Source: an uncultured Candidatus Micrarchaeota archaeon
Lineage (GTDB): Archaea; Micrarchaeota; Micrarchaeia; Anstonellales; Bilamarchaeaceae
Direction: 5' to 3'
DNA: 64,000 nt
Assembly (NCBI GenBank): GCA_963800555.1
Contig: CAWDBH010000008.1
Span: 113,117-177,116, forward strand
Within the stretch, counting starts at the first letter, position 1. Each line of letters begins with the position of its first letter. Both the position numbers and the translations under genes were made by a program. This document shows positions 8,725 through 18,263 of the stretch, piece after piece. Below the pieces are notes generated by a model that searched no databases, had not been told where the DNA came from, and saw nothing but the letters and a program-made list of their open reading frames with translations.

Positions 8725-8831
8725 GCCGACGTCGCTTAACCCGGTAGAGCGACGGTCTCGAATTGCCTTTAACGGTAAAACGTGTAAACCGTTCCTTCAC
8801 AGGATTGCAGGTTCAAATCCCGCCGTCGGCG
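8725..8831 (+). tRNA. tRNA-Ser (anticodon CGA) with a ~24-nt canonical 37/38 intron (about 8763-8786)
   Basis: Acceptor GCCGACG/CGUCGGC with discriminator G. Anticodon stem ACGGU...ACCGU, split after CUCGAA. Long variable arm UCCU-UCAC-AGGA. T loop UUCAAAU, with one A:C mismatch in the T stem. Followed by a T-rich tract. Confidence 0.65.
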
Positions 8832-8944
8832 TTTTTCTCTCCTGGATATAGCAGACCCAGCTCTATAATCAGGTTTAAAATCCTAACTGGACAGAGTCTA
8901 ACCTGCAATTATCCTAATTTGAGTTATGTGTAAAGGTGATACTA

Positions 8945-9481
8945 ATGGGAATTCGACCAGGAAGGAGCATCAGGGACCCGGACAAGGTCGCCTGGACAAG
9001 GTTTTCAAGGAGCAAGCCGCGCAAGTCGTTCATAAAGTCCATGCCGCACGCCGATCTGCATCAATTCAGGATGGGCGTCGTGAAGCCGGATTACGATTGC
9101 GTGGTCTCTCTGCGCGCGCAGGATGCGGTAATTCTCCGCGACAACGCGATAGAGAGCGCGAGGCAGACATCGAACAAATACCTGGAGAAAAACCTCGCCG
9201 GAGCATACTACTTCATGGTGATGGTCTATCCGCACCACATCGTGCGGGAGAACAAGATGATTGCCGGAGCCGGTGCAGACCGTCTCCAGAAAGGCATGCG
9301 ACAGGCTTTCGGCAGGCCGACTGACCGCGCAGCGAGGCTTGGTGTAGGGACGGACCTATTCACTATCCGCTCGTACAAGGCGAATATCGAGCACATGAAG
9401 AAATCTCTCGACAAGGCCACCAAGAAGATCTCAGGCAGGTACCGCATCATCGTGGAGAACAAAACGATCCCGCCCTCCTGA
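8945..9481 (+). CDS. rpl10e: 50S ribosomal protein L10e (uL16)
   Basis: 'MGIRPGRSIRDPDKVAWTRFSRSKPRKSFIK...MRQAFGRP'. SD 'AGGTGAT' lies 4 nt upstream of ATG 8945. The track ORF starts at GTG 8936. Confidence 0.85.
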   Translation: MGIRPGRSIRDPDKVAWTRFSRSKPRKSFIKSMPHADLHQFRMGVVKPDYDCVVSLRAQDAVILRDNAIESARQTSNKYLEKNLAGAYYFMVMVYPHHIVRENKMIAGAGADRLQKGMRQAFGRPTDRAARLGVGTDLFTIRSYKANIEHMKKSLDKATKKISGRYRIIVENKTIPPS

Positions 9482-9561
9482 TCTTCGACTTATTCTATCG
9501 TTTTTTCTTCTTTGCCTCGCAGTAGCCACGCATCTGACGCTTTATCGCTATTTATGTTAGG

Positions 9562-11406
9562 TTGTGGTCTCCCTTTATAAACGTTTTCTTACATATATAT
9601 GTGGGAGAGGTGAGTGAATTGTCTCACGATAAAGTCACTGTAGATGAACCGCTGATAAGCACAGACGTCGATAACCTGATTCGGACCATAGCCGAGAAGA
9701 AGAGGATTCCTCTCAACGATCTCCGAGCGCTCTGCAGGATCGACAAGAAGACCATGGACAAATGGATCGCCGTCCTAGAGGACGAGGGATACATATCCGT
9801 GGAGTATGGCCTGCGCGGCACTTACGTCAATTGGTGCGAGGAAGTCGCGGCTGCGAAGGCAGCGGAAGCGGCCCAATCTCTACAGGCGCCTCAGGAGCCT
9901 GCCCCGGAGACTAAAGAATCAGAAACGGATGAGATAAAACCGGCAGTTTCAGAAGAGATAAAGCCGGAGCCCACCGGATTCAAGGAAGCCGCCCCGATGG
10001 AGGAATCCAGCGAAGACAAATCCGATGTGAAGGTGACGGAATCCGATTCGGATCCCGAAGAGCTCCTCAGCCAGTACATCGCCAGGAAGATGAAGGGCGA
10101 TGCTCCGGATGACGATAGCATAAAATCCAAGATATTGACGAGTTTCGGCGACAAGGAAGAGCCAGCCAAGGCGGATGTCCAGGGAGATAATGACGCCGAA
10201 GATGAATCCGAAAAAAGCAGCCGGGATGTCATGGCTCCCGCAGCCAAGAAACCGGCCATGAAAGTGCCGGCCGCTGATGTCCGCGAGCTGGTCGGTTCCT
10301 ATGTCCAGGAAATCAGCAAGGAGAAGGCCAAGATAGAGGCACTGAAGAAAGAGAAGGAAGCGCTTTACCGCGACAAATTCTCCCTCATGGAAGGCAAGAT
10401 GCAAGTGGATCTGGTAACACTCACAGAAAAACTCCTCGAGAAGCAGACCAGGATCGCGGAGCTCAAGGAGAGCGTCCTCGAGCTGCCCGACAAGGTAGAC
10501 GAGCTCGAGAGGGTCCAGAAGCAGATGGATGTCCTGCGCCAAGAAGGCCAGGAAGCGCTCGGCCGTGTCAGGTCTAAGGCAGAAGGCTATGTTGCTTCTC
10601 TGGAATCTTCCAAGAGCGGCATCGAATCCAAGATGGACGACGTCCGTTCAGCTCTGGACGGGCAGTCATCCAAGATCAAGGAGCTCGATGCGGTTCGCGC
10701 ATCGCTGGAATCCCGCTCATCCAAGCTCAGGGACGCCCTCGCTTCGGCAAGGGCGCAGGTGGAGGAGCTTTCCGCATCGATGAACGCGTTGTCTGTTGAT
10801 CTCTCCCAGGTGGACCAGACCAAGTCCGAGATCGAGTCCATGACGCAGGACATCAGGGACGAGGTCGCAGGCCACGGGGTCGAGCTCGAATCTTTGGAGC
10901 AGGAGATCGAAGGCATCGCGCAGGTCGAGCGCTGGGCGCAGGAATATGTGCGCGACTATTCCACGAAGATTGAGGATATCGAGCGCTATGTCGCGAAAAG
11001 CGACGATGAACTAGCCCAGATCAGGGAAGCCGCCGAGCAGCAGTACATGAAGAAGTTCCTCGGCGAGCTCGAGAACCTCACAGATTCCTACGAGACCGAG
11101 CTGAGCGATGCCGTATCGCAGGATAAGGACATCGACCAGAAGATATCGGAATCCCGCAATAGGATAAACGACATGGCGCGCGAATCGCAGGATATGATAA
11201 AGAAGTTCCGCGGCGACGTGTCAGATGCCTACGACTACGAGAAGGTGGTCGCGAAGGTCAAGGCGAAGACCGCGAAGGTCGAGCGCATACTCGAGGAGAA
11301 AGCCTCGGAGCGCTCGAAGCTCCTGGACGAGTCGAGGAAGACCCGCAAGACCAAGAGCTCGAAGAAGGTCAAGTCCAAAGCGGTCTCGAAGTCGAAGAAG
11401 AGATAA
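9562..11406 (+). CDS. wHTH plus acidic linker plus long coiled-coil protein with a Lys-rich tail
   Basis: N-terminal 'IRTIAEKKRIPLNDLRALCRIDKKTMDKWIAVLEDEGYISVEY' is wHTH-like. It is followed by ~400 aa of heptad-like E/K/L/S-rich sequence and a 'KTKSSKKVKSKAVSKSKKR' end. The true start is probably GTG/TTG at 9601-9619, behind 'GGAGAGGTGA'. Confidence 0.6.
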   Translation: MWSPFINVFLHIYVGEVSELSHDKVTVDEPLISTDVDNLIRTIAEKKRIPLNDLRALCRIDKKTMDKWIAVLEDEGYISVEYGLRGTYVNWCEEVAAAKAAEAAQSLQAPQEPAPETKESETDEIKPAVSEEIKPEPTGFKEAAPMEESSEDKSDVKVTESDSDPEELLSQYIARKMKGDAPDDDSIKSKILTSFGDKEEPAKADVQGDNDAEDESEKSSRDVMAPAAKKPAMKVPAADVRELVGSYVQEISKEKAKIEALKKEKEALYRDKFSLMEGKMQVDLVTLTEKLLEKQTRIAELKESVLELPDKVDELERVQKQMDVLRQEGQEALGRVRSKAEGYVASLESSKSGIESKMDDVRSALDGQSSKIKELDAVRASLESRSSKLRDALASARAQVEELSASMNALSVDLSQVDQTKSEIESMTQDIRDEVAGHGVELESLEQEIEGIAQVERWAQEYVRDYSTKIEDIERYVAKSDDELAQIREAAEQQYMKKFLGELENLTDSYETELSDAVSQDKDIDQKISESRNRINDMARESQDMIKKFRGDVSDAYDYEKVVAKVKAKTAKVERILEEKASERSKLLDESRKTRKTKSSKKVKSKAVSKSKKR

Positions 11407-11441
11407 TTTTTTTATTTACAAATAATATAGGGAATGGATAT

Positions 11442-11903
11442 ATGAAACATCAGAGAACTGCATTGAATCTGGAAACAAGAGAAACACCGAAATCTTCATT
11501 GAGGGCATATGCCTCCGTAGCAGTTTTCGCAGCCGGCCTTGCGATACTGCCATCTTGCGCCACGGCGAAAATCCAGGAACCCATCGAGCATGTCCAGACG
11601 CAGGAATTCAGGAAAGGCGATCTCCTATTCAAGACCCAGTACGACACCGACCCACCCGCAAGTGTCGAGCTAAACGCCGGGAATATCGATGGACGAGGAG
11701 TTGAAATCGTGATGACCATCTTCATGCTGGGGTCCATGCCGAATAATCCGTGGAGGGTGAATTACGGAGAGATGAAGGACCTTCCCGTATCATCCCCGCT
11801 CTTCAGGATATCCGCTGAAAGAGGGAAAACGCCGGGCACGGCTCGAATCTCAGTAGAACCGATCAAATCCTCTGATAAGCCGGATAATTCGCATATATTC
11901 TAG
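11442..11903 (+). CDS. Hypothetical exported/lipoprotein-like protein
   Basis: Hydrophobic stretch 'VAVFAAGLAILPSCATA' followed by a soluble domain. No recognised family. Confidence 0.45.
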   Translation: MKHQRTALNLETRETPKSSLRAYASVAVFAAGLAILPSCATAKIQEPIEHVQTQEFRKGDLLFKTQYDTDPPASVELNAGNIDGRGVEIVMTIFMLGSMPNNPWRVNYGEMKDLPVSSPLFRISAERGKTPGTARISVEPIKSSDKPDNSHIF

Positions 11904-12430
11904 AGCTTCATCTGCTCTTTCTTCTCCTTCTTGCTCCTCGCATCATCCACTGCCGCGAGCCAGGAATCGCCTATCTTCATGAAGTAGTTCCCGAACGTTT
12001 TTGATAATGAGATCCGCATGGGACGGAATTTCCTCTTGCTCTCGATAGCGACTATAGTGTCCCTTTCAACCTTTATCATCCCGACCCTTTTCAGGCGCGG
12101 GAGCACGCGATTGTAGAATGTCGCCTTGGATATGCCATTATTTTTCACGAAAGCCGCTATCTCCTCTCCGGATAGCTGGGTCTGCTCCCCCAGAAGCTTG
12201 AGGAAACCGAGCGCTATCGAATAATATGTGGGCTGATAACGCTTCGAGAAAATGAAATTCGTGATCTCGTCCAAGCTCCAGAGGTTCCTGGTCATGCCTT
12301 CGTTCTGGTCCTGGAAGGAACGCAGCTCCGTGCTGTCGTATCGTGGCAGGTAGATCGATTCGGAGGACGGGACGCCGCGTGAAGCTATCTGTTTTTTCGC
12401 TGCCTCAGGCGCTTCTTCGGGCTCGTCCAT
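11900..12430 (-). CDS. Winged-helix transcriptional regulator-like protein
   Basis: 'LSGEEIAAFVKNNGISKATFYNRVLPRLKRVGMIKVE' is HTH plus wing. Confidence 0.55.
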   Translation of the reverse strand: MDEPEEAPEAAKKQIASRGVPSSESIYLPRYDSTELRSFQDQNEGMTRNLWSLDEITNFIFSKRYQPTYYSIALGFLKLLGEQTQLSGEEIAAFVKNNGISKATFYNRVLPRLKRVGMIKVERDTIVAIESKRKFRPMRISLSKTFGNYFMKIGDSWLAAVDDARSKKEKKEQMKL

Positions 12431-12459
12431 AAACGAATAACCCGCTAAAAAGATATAAA

Positions 12460-12771
12460 CTATTCCCCGAAGATGTTTCCGAGGCCCGCTTCCGCGCTCT
12501 CCTCTTCGGCCTGTATCTTCTCATGGACGCGCTTCTCGACATCTGGCTTGCAGCGCTCTGCAGCGCCCTTGAACTTCTCGTCCGCTTTCTTCAGGAAATC
12601 ATCGGACGCCTTTATGTAAACGTACATCTTCGTTTTATCTTCGTTGAGGAACTGCCCGTCCTTTACCTTGTACCCCATCCTCGCGAAACTGTCGTCTGCA
12701 TAGGGATCAGCCTCGAGAATCTTCGTGATATCCTTCTTCTTGCCCAGATCGCATTCGTATACGTGGTACAT
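12460..12771 (-). CDS. Small acidic protein (103 aa) with a ribosomal P-stalk-like C-terminal tail
   Basis: The C-terminus 'AEEESAEAGLGNIFGE' resembles the conserved aP1/L12 stalk tail (...EEALAGLGALFG). The N-terminal domain is unrecognised. The start abuts the stop of the upstream membrane-protein gene. Confidence 0.55.
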   Translation of the reverse strand: MYHVYECDLGKKKDITKILEADPYADDSFARMGYKVKDGQFLNEDKTKMYVYIKASDDFLKKADEKFKGAAERCKPDVEKRVHEKIQAEEESAEAGLGNIFGE

Positions 12772-13515
12772 TCAATCCTCCTCTTCTTTCCTGATTGTGC
12801 CTTCCATCATGATGATCATGGCCGTATAAAGGATCGGGAATATGAAGAAGATGGATGCCAGGTCTATGATTGGCACAAAATTGAGCGACCAGGCGGCCGC
12901 GAACAGGATATACAACCCCAAGAACTGGATGTGCTTGCGCTTGAAGAGGTTGAACGCCCTCTTGAACGATCCGAACAGATCCGTGCCGAGAGCGGCATAA
13001 AGCCACGCCGGGGTGAAGAGGAGGCTGATTACGAATGTCACGCCTAGGATATAGATGACAGTCGGTATGTAGAAGAGCAAGGTGTGCGATAGGAAATAGA
13101 TATAGATCACGATGGCCGGAGCGGCGAATATCAGCCAGATGATGCCCTCCATGAGAAGAATCGCGAACGTCACCAGGGATTTGTCAAGGCTGTATGCGAA
13201 GAATCCGGTCAGGCTCATCTTCTCCTTCAGCGCTGCCAATCGGAATGTATTTGCGAGTGCCGCGTTCAGCCCGTTGGTAGCGAAAACGAATATCAGCCCT
13301 ATAATCCCTACCACGACCACGGTAGGTAGCGACTCGATGGTCACCATCTGGTTCAGGACCGACATCGACAGGAAGTAGAACAGACCGAGGCCTATCGCCG
13401 CCAAGAGGAACACCACGAACAGGACCATGTATAGGAACGAACCCCATGCGAACAGGAACGGGTTCTTGGTATATGCGGTAAAAGCTCTCTTGATGCTGTC
13501 GATCAATCTCGTCAC
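12772..13515 (-). CDS. Multi-pass membrane protein, unknown function
   Basis: About 6 hydrophobic helices. Confidence 0.6.
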   Translation of the reverse strand: MTRLIDSIKRAFTAYTKNPFLFAWGSFLYMVLFVVFLLAAIGLGLFYFLSMSVLNQMVTIESLPTVVVVGIIGLIFVFATNGLNAALANTFRLAALKEKMSLTGFFAYSLDKSLVTFAILLMEGIIWLIFAAPAIVIYIYFLSHTLLFYIPTVIYILGVTFVISLLFTPAWLYAALGTDLFGSFKRAFNLFKRKHIQFLGLYILFAAAWSLNFVPIIDLASIFFIFPILYTAMIIMMEGTIRKEEED

Positions 13516-13584
13516 CTTGGATTAGTCTATCAGAGCAAATATTATAAACCACGTCCCCGTCTCTTATATCTCAAGGGTCTTTTC

Positions 13585-15050
13585 ATGAGAGCTATACCGC
13601 GCTGCATGAGTACGCAGCATCCTGACAACGTGGCGACACCGTTCTTCTCGGATTCAGATGTTCTTGCCGGTGAAGCGGAAGTCAAAGAAGCGTATTTCGT
13701 CTTCTCCCAGCTTTCCTGCAGCGAGCAGATGTGGGATTCCGAAGGCAAGGAGGCGGACAACCAGGTCGTCGAGAAGCTCCTCTCGCGCTACACGGATTTC
13801 TTCACCAAGAACCGCTTGGGGAGGGATTTTTCCTCACCTACCGCGTGCCGAATCCCTCCGTAGAGAGAGGTCAGGGCAAGATACTCCTGGAGACGCTGCA
13901 TGGGATACCCCGCGCGTTCGATGCCGCAAGGGCAGCCGGTCTTGACACGGCCCCGATATTCGAGGTCATACTCCCCATGACCACGTCGCACCTGGAGATC
14001 GAGCGCGTTCGGAACTATTACGAGCGCGTGATCATCGGTCAGAAGGAGATCAAGCTCGGCAAGGAGAAGATATCCGTCAAGGACTGGGTCGGGGATTTCG
14101 AGCCCGACACAATAAACGTCATACCGTTATTCGAGAACCAGGAATCCATCCTGAATGCTGACGCCATCGTATCGAAATACATCGCTGGGAAAGACATGGA
14201 GTACCAGCGCGTGTTTTTGGCAAGAAGCGATCCCGCCCTCAACTACGGTGCGGCAAGCGCGGTCCTGCTCTCCAAGATAGCGCTCCAGCGCCTCGCGAAA
14301 TTAGAAGAAAAAACAAGCGTCCAGATAATGCCTATCATCGGCGTCGGTGGCGCTCCGTTCCGGGGCAATTTCACCCCTAACAACGTGAACAACTGCGGCG
14401 ACGAATACCCGAGCGTTCAGACCTACACGGTCCAGTCATCCTTCAAGTACGACCACCCTTTCCGGGACGTCTCGAACGCGGTCGATATCATCAACCATGT
14501 CCACCGGAGGCCGGCCCTCCAAGTGGATGAGGAGCGCGCGATCGCCATGATGAAGAAGCTGGTAAAGGAATACGAGGGCCAGCTCAAGGAGATGGCCGAC
14601 ATAGTGAACGGCATATCCGCGTTCGTCCCAGGAAGGCGGGCAAGGAAACTCCACGTCGGTCTTTTCGGCTACTCCCGCTCGATGAAGGGGATCAAGCTCC
14701 CGCGCGCGATAAAATTCTGCGCCGCTTTCTATTCCGTGGGGATTCCTCCAGAGCTTCTCGGCCTCTCAGCGCTCAACGAGAAAGAATTCGACGAGCTGCA
14801 TGATCATTACACCAAAATAGACGAGGACCTCAAAGACGCGGTGAAGTACCTGAACCCCAATAATCTGGGCAGGATGCCACTCTCGGTCAGGAAAGGCATA
14901 GGCAAGGTCCTTGAATGGATGGATTTCGAGCCCGACGAGGAATATTGCGCGATAACGACACGCATATATTCCGATTACCTCGCGGGCAGGCAGTCCCATC
15001 TGGCTGAGGACATCAAGGCCGCCGCATGGAGCAGGAGATTCCTCGGCTGA
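13585..15050 (+). pseudogene. ppcA: Archaeal-type phosphoenolpyruvate carboxylase, split by a 1-nt frameshift in a T5 run (13827-13831)
   Basis: N-terminal ORF '[15 protein letters not shown]...NRLGRDF' (frame 1) continues as '[12 protein letters not shown]...' in ORF 13731-15050 (frame 3). One extra T would restore '[13 protein letters not shown]' and give a ~489-aa product. Confidence 0.75.
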
Positions 15051-15075
15051 GCCTGCCAGCGTGTATTTTTAACCA

Positions 15076-15561
15076 TTGCGCCACAGTAATAACAACATGA
15101 GACTCAAGAGAGGCGGTGCCAGCAATAGGAACGGCGCCGAGCTGCCATTCCGGAGCTTCGAGGTGGAGATATCCACGCTGGAAAGGGCCGCCAAGTCCGG
15201 GGGGGATTCTGCGGCACGCATAGCGATGGATAGCCTAATCAAGCACACGCGCGCTCTCGAGGCCCGGATCCGGAGCTTGCGCGTCCTTCCTGACACGCAT
15301 AACCGGTACGATATCGCGAGGTTCGCGCTGGAGAATGCCGCATCATCGCAGGACCAGGCCATACGAAAACTGGCATTCGAATCAATGGATTGGAACCCAA
15401 TCACCCTGAAGGCGTTCATGCATTGCCCCCACCCTGATATCCGTCGGATGGCCAGAGAACGGCTGAACGTCGCAACGCGGAGAAGCGATATGCTGAAAGA
15501 ACAAGATGAGTGTAGGCCGACCGAGTTGCAAAATTACAGGCTCGGGACCTGGCGCTTCTGA
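15076..15561 (+). CDS. Hypothetical protein (possibly HEAT-like helical)
   Basis: ORF only. 'PDIRRMARERL' and 'QAIRKLAFES' are helical-repeat-like. Confidence 0.35.
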   Translation: MRHSNNNMRLKRGGASNRNGAELPFRSFEVEISTLERAAKSGGDSAARIAMDSLIKHTRALEARIRSLRVLPDTHNRYDIARFALENAASSQDQAIRKLAFESMDWNPITLKAFMHCPHPDIRRMARERLNVATRRSDMLKEQDECRPTELQNYRLGTWRF

Positions 15562-15599
15562 CCGAATAGATAAATAAACCCGCCCGCCGAATAGTTTTC

Positions 15600-16736
15600 A
15601 TGCCTTCACTCCCAGACCCGCTCATCATCCACAAGAAGCTCCGCGGCAAGATATCAATCGCCCCCAAAGCGAGGATCCGGAATATAGAAGACCTCGCCAC
15701 GCTCTATACGCCCGGGGTGGCGAAGCCGTGCGTCGAGATCGCGAGGGACAAGTCGCTCGTCTACGATTACACCATGAAAGGCAATACGGTCGCTATCGTC
15801 AGCGACGGAAGCCGCGTCCTGGGTTTGGGCAACATCGGGCCTGAAGCCGCCCTCCCAGTGATGGAAGGCAAAGCGCTCATCATGCAGCAGTTCGCTGGCA
15901 TAGACGCGTTCCCGATCTGCCTCGACACGCAGGATGCGGACGAGATAGTAAGGACCGTGAAGGCGATAGCTCCGGGTTTCGGAGCGATAAACCTAGAGGA
16001 CATCGAGACCCCGAAGGTCTTCGACATAGAGAAACGGCTCACGGAGGAGCTCGACATCCCGGTCTTCCACGACGACCAGCACGGCACGGCTATGGTGACG
16101 CTGGCAGGGCTCTACAACGCTCTCAAGGTCATCGGAAAAAAACCTGATGAACTGAAAGTGGGCATAATCGGAGCTGGCAGCGCGGGCAACGCGATAGCGA
16201 AGCTGCTCAACGCGGCGGGGTTCGACAATCTGGTGGTTTTCGACAGCAAAGGCGCATTATCTCTCGCGAGGAATGACCTGGATGAGCACAAGCAGTTGCT
16301 TGCCGGCTTCAATAAGTCAGGTTTCTCTGGCGCGATAGGGGAATTCGAGGGCGCGGACATCATAATCTCGGCTTCCAAACCCGGCGCGCTCCCGTTCAGC
16401 GTCATCAAGGCTATGCGGAAACCGAACATCGTGTTCGCTCTTTCCAATCCCATCCCGGAGATATCACTAGAGCAGGCCAAGGAATACGGCATAGACATTT
16501 TCGGCACAGGCCGCTCGGATTATCCCAACCAGATAAACAATTCCCTATGTTTCCCGGGTTTCCTGCGCGCGCTGCTCGATCTGCGGGTGAAGAAAATCAC
16601 GATGCCCATGAAGATCGCGGCCGCGAAAGGCATCTCAGAAGCCGTGAAGAATCCCACGAAATCCAAAATAGTCCCGGACGCCTTCGACAAGAAAGTCGTC
16701 AGGAATATCCTTTCCGAAGTGAAGGCCAGCATATGA
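15600..16736 (+). CDS. NAD(P)-dependent malic enzyme (short form)
   Basis: 'LYTPGVAKPC', 'VAIVSDGSRVLGLGNIGPEAALPVMEGKA', 'DIETPKVF', 'FHDDQHGTA', 'GAGSAGNAIAKLL'. Confidence 0.85.
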   Translation: MPSLPDPLIIHKKLRGKISIAPKARIRNIEDLATLYTPGVAKPCVEIARDKSLVYDYTMKGNTVAIVSDGSRVLGLGNIGPEAALPVMEGKALIMQQFAGIDAFPICLDTQDADEIVRTVKAIAPGFGAINLEDIETPKVFDIEKRLTEELDIPVFHDDQHGTAMVTLAGLYNALKVIGKKPDELKVGIIGAGSAGNAIAKLLNAAGFDNLVVFDSKGALSLARNDLDEHKQLLAGFNKSGFSGAIGEFEGADIIISASKPGALPFSVIKAMRKPNIVFALSNPIPEISLEQAKEYGIDIFGTGRSDYPNQINNSLCFPGFLRALLDLRVKKITMPMKIAAAKGISEAVKNPTKSKIVPDAFDKKVVRNILSEVKASI

Positions 16737-16767
16737 ATTTTTAACTTTAGCATGGTTACGCTATTGC

Positions 16768-17448
16768 ATGAATATCAATGAATTCATCACCGCTGCGAAG
16801 ACCTTAATCATTCCAGATAAAGTGGAAAGCTACCTCTCTTCCCTGCTGCCTAAAGCGAGCTGGAAGGAAGTCATAGTCAATTATTCCATATTTTTCATCA
16901 TCACGCTGATACTATCCATCATATCGGTTCTGGCCAGGGTATTCCTTTCATCGTTGCTGGGCACGGCTATCGGCGGGCTCGCGACAGGGGCTGCGGTGGG
17001 GGCAGGTTCGCTGGTAGGGGGCTTGATCGTGGTCGTCATATCATTCGTGGTAGTCATAGTAATCACGATGATAGGGATCCTCCTCCTCTACCTGATAGCA
17101 AGGTTCTTCGGGGGGAAGGGCTCGCTCCTCCAGCAGTTCTACCTGCTCAGCGTGATATCCGTAGGGTTGCTCCCGATCAGCATCGTTATCTCGTTATTGA
17201 TGCTGGTCCCATGCATAAGCTGCATAGCCATGATCGGCGCTCTTGTGCTCGCGATATACGCGATCTATCTGAATTACCTGATGCTCAAGGCGGTGCATTC
17301 GTTCAGCAGCTCCGACGCAATCAAGACCATGGCCGTCTACATCTTGTTCGTCATCATCGTGATAGTCATCCTGTTCGCGATCATCTTCCTTCTGGGGCTG
17401 GCTTCGACGCTGGGCATGTCCGCGCTCGCGGCTTCCAAGCCATACTGA
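16768..17448 (+). CDS. Yip1-domain-like multi-pass membrane protein
   Basis: 5-6 TM helices. 'ARFFGGKGSLLQQFYLLSVIS' matches the paralogue downstream. Confidence 0.5.
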   Translation: MNINEFITAAKTLIIPDKVESYLSSLLPKASWKEVIVNYSIFFIITLILSIISVLARVFLSSLLGTAIGGLATGAAVGAGSLVGGLIVVVISFVVVIVITMIGILLLYLIARFFGGKGSLLQQFYLLSVISVGLLPISIVISLLMLVPCISCIAMIGALVLAIYAIYLNYLMLKAVHSFSSSDAIKTMAVYILFVIIVIVILFAIIFLLGLASTLGMSALAASKPY

Positions 17449-17515
17449 GTTATCGGAGATGCACATGAAGAACCCCGAGAGCAAAAGTCGTGAATAACGA
17501 ACAAGGTGAATTTTT

Positions 17516-18223
17516 ATGGCAGACCCAGACAAAACCAAGAAGAAATCCAAGACCGTTCCAGCGAAACCACAAGAGAACGTCGTAGTCCCAAGCAGCCCGG
17601 ATAAAAGCGCTCCAACCGCCACTAACCAGTCAAAAACTACGCTGTTCACATGGCTGAGAAGATACGTGGATTTCAAGAATCTCGACAGCTTCATCGCCGA
17701 AGAGAAAGGAAGCGGGAGCATCAAGGACTCCCTCCTCATAATATTCGTCGCGCAGTTGGTATCGCTGGTGACGCTTTTCATAGCGACCATGCTGTCATCC
17801 TATATTTTCCCGGCATCCGCCATTCCCCCCGACCAGATACTGCTCGGTTTGATAGTCATAATACTGGTCGGAGGCATCGTGATATTCTATCTGACAGCCG
17901 GGCTCATCTTCGGGATATCCAAGCTCCTGGGCGGGAAAGGCGAGCTGGCTGCGCAGGCTCGTTTTATGGCAATAGTCACGCTGTGCTCGAACGTGATAAG
18001 CGCGCCCCTGGCGTTCATCAGCATCTTCTTCACGAGCGGTTCCCTGGCCGCGTTCGTCATCTCGTTCCTGGTCTCGTTGATAGGCCTCTACGAGCTTTAC
18101 GCGTTCTACAAGACCATACGCGCGACGCATTCCATATCGATGTTCAGGGCGCTCGTCGCGCTCGCCGGGACGCTTCTGGTCCTCTATATCGGTGCATACC
18201 TCCTTGTAGGCATGGGGTCATGA
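17516..18223 (+). CDS. Yip1-domain-like multi-pass membrane protein (tandem paralogue)
   Basis: Same TM layout. 'SKLLGGKGELAAQARFMAIVT'. Lys/Pro-rich N-terminal extension. Confidence 0.5.
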   Translation: MADPDKTKKKSKTVPAKPQENVVVPSSPDKSAPTATNQSKTTLFTWLRRYVDFKNLDSFIAEEKGSGSIKDSLLIIFVAQLVSLVTLFIATMLSSYIFPASAIPPDQILLGLIVIILVGGIVIFYLTAGLIFGISKLLGGKGELAAQARFMAIVTLCSNVISAPLAFISIFFTSGSLAAFVISFLVSLIGLYELYAFYKTIRATHSISMFRALVALAGTLLVLYIGAYLLVGMGS

Positions 18224-18263
18224 TCCGCCTTTTCAATATATTTTTTCCAGGATAAGGATGATT

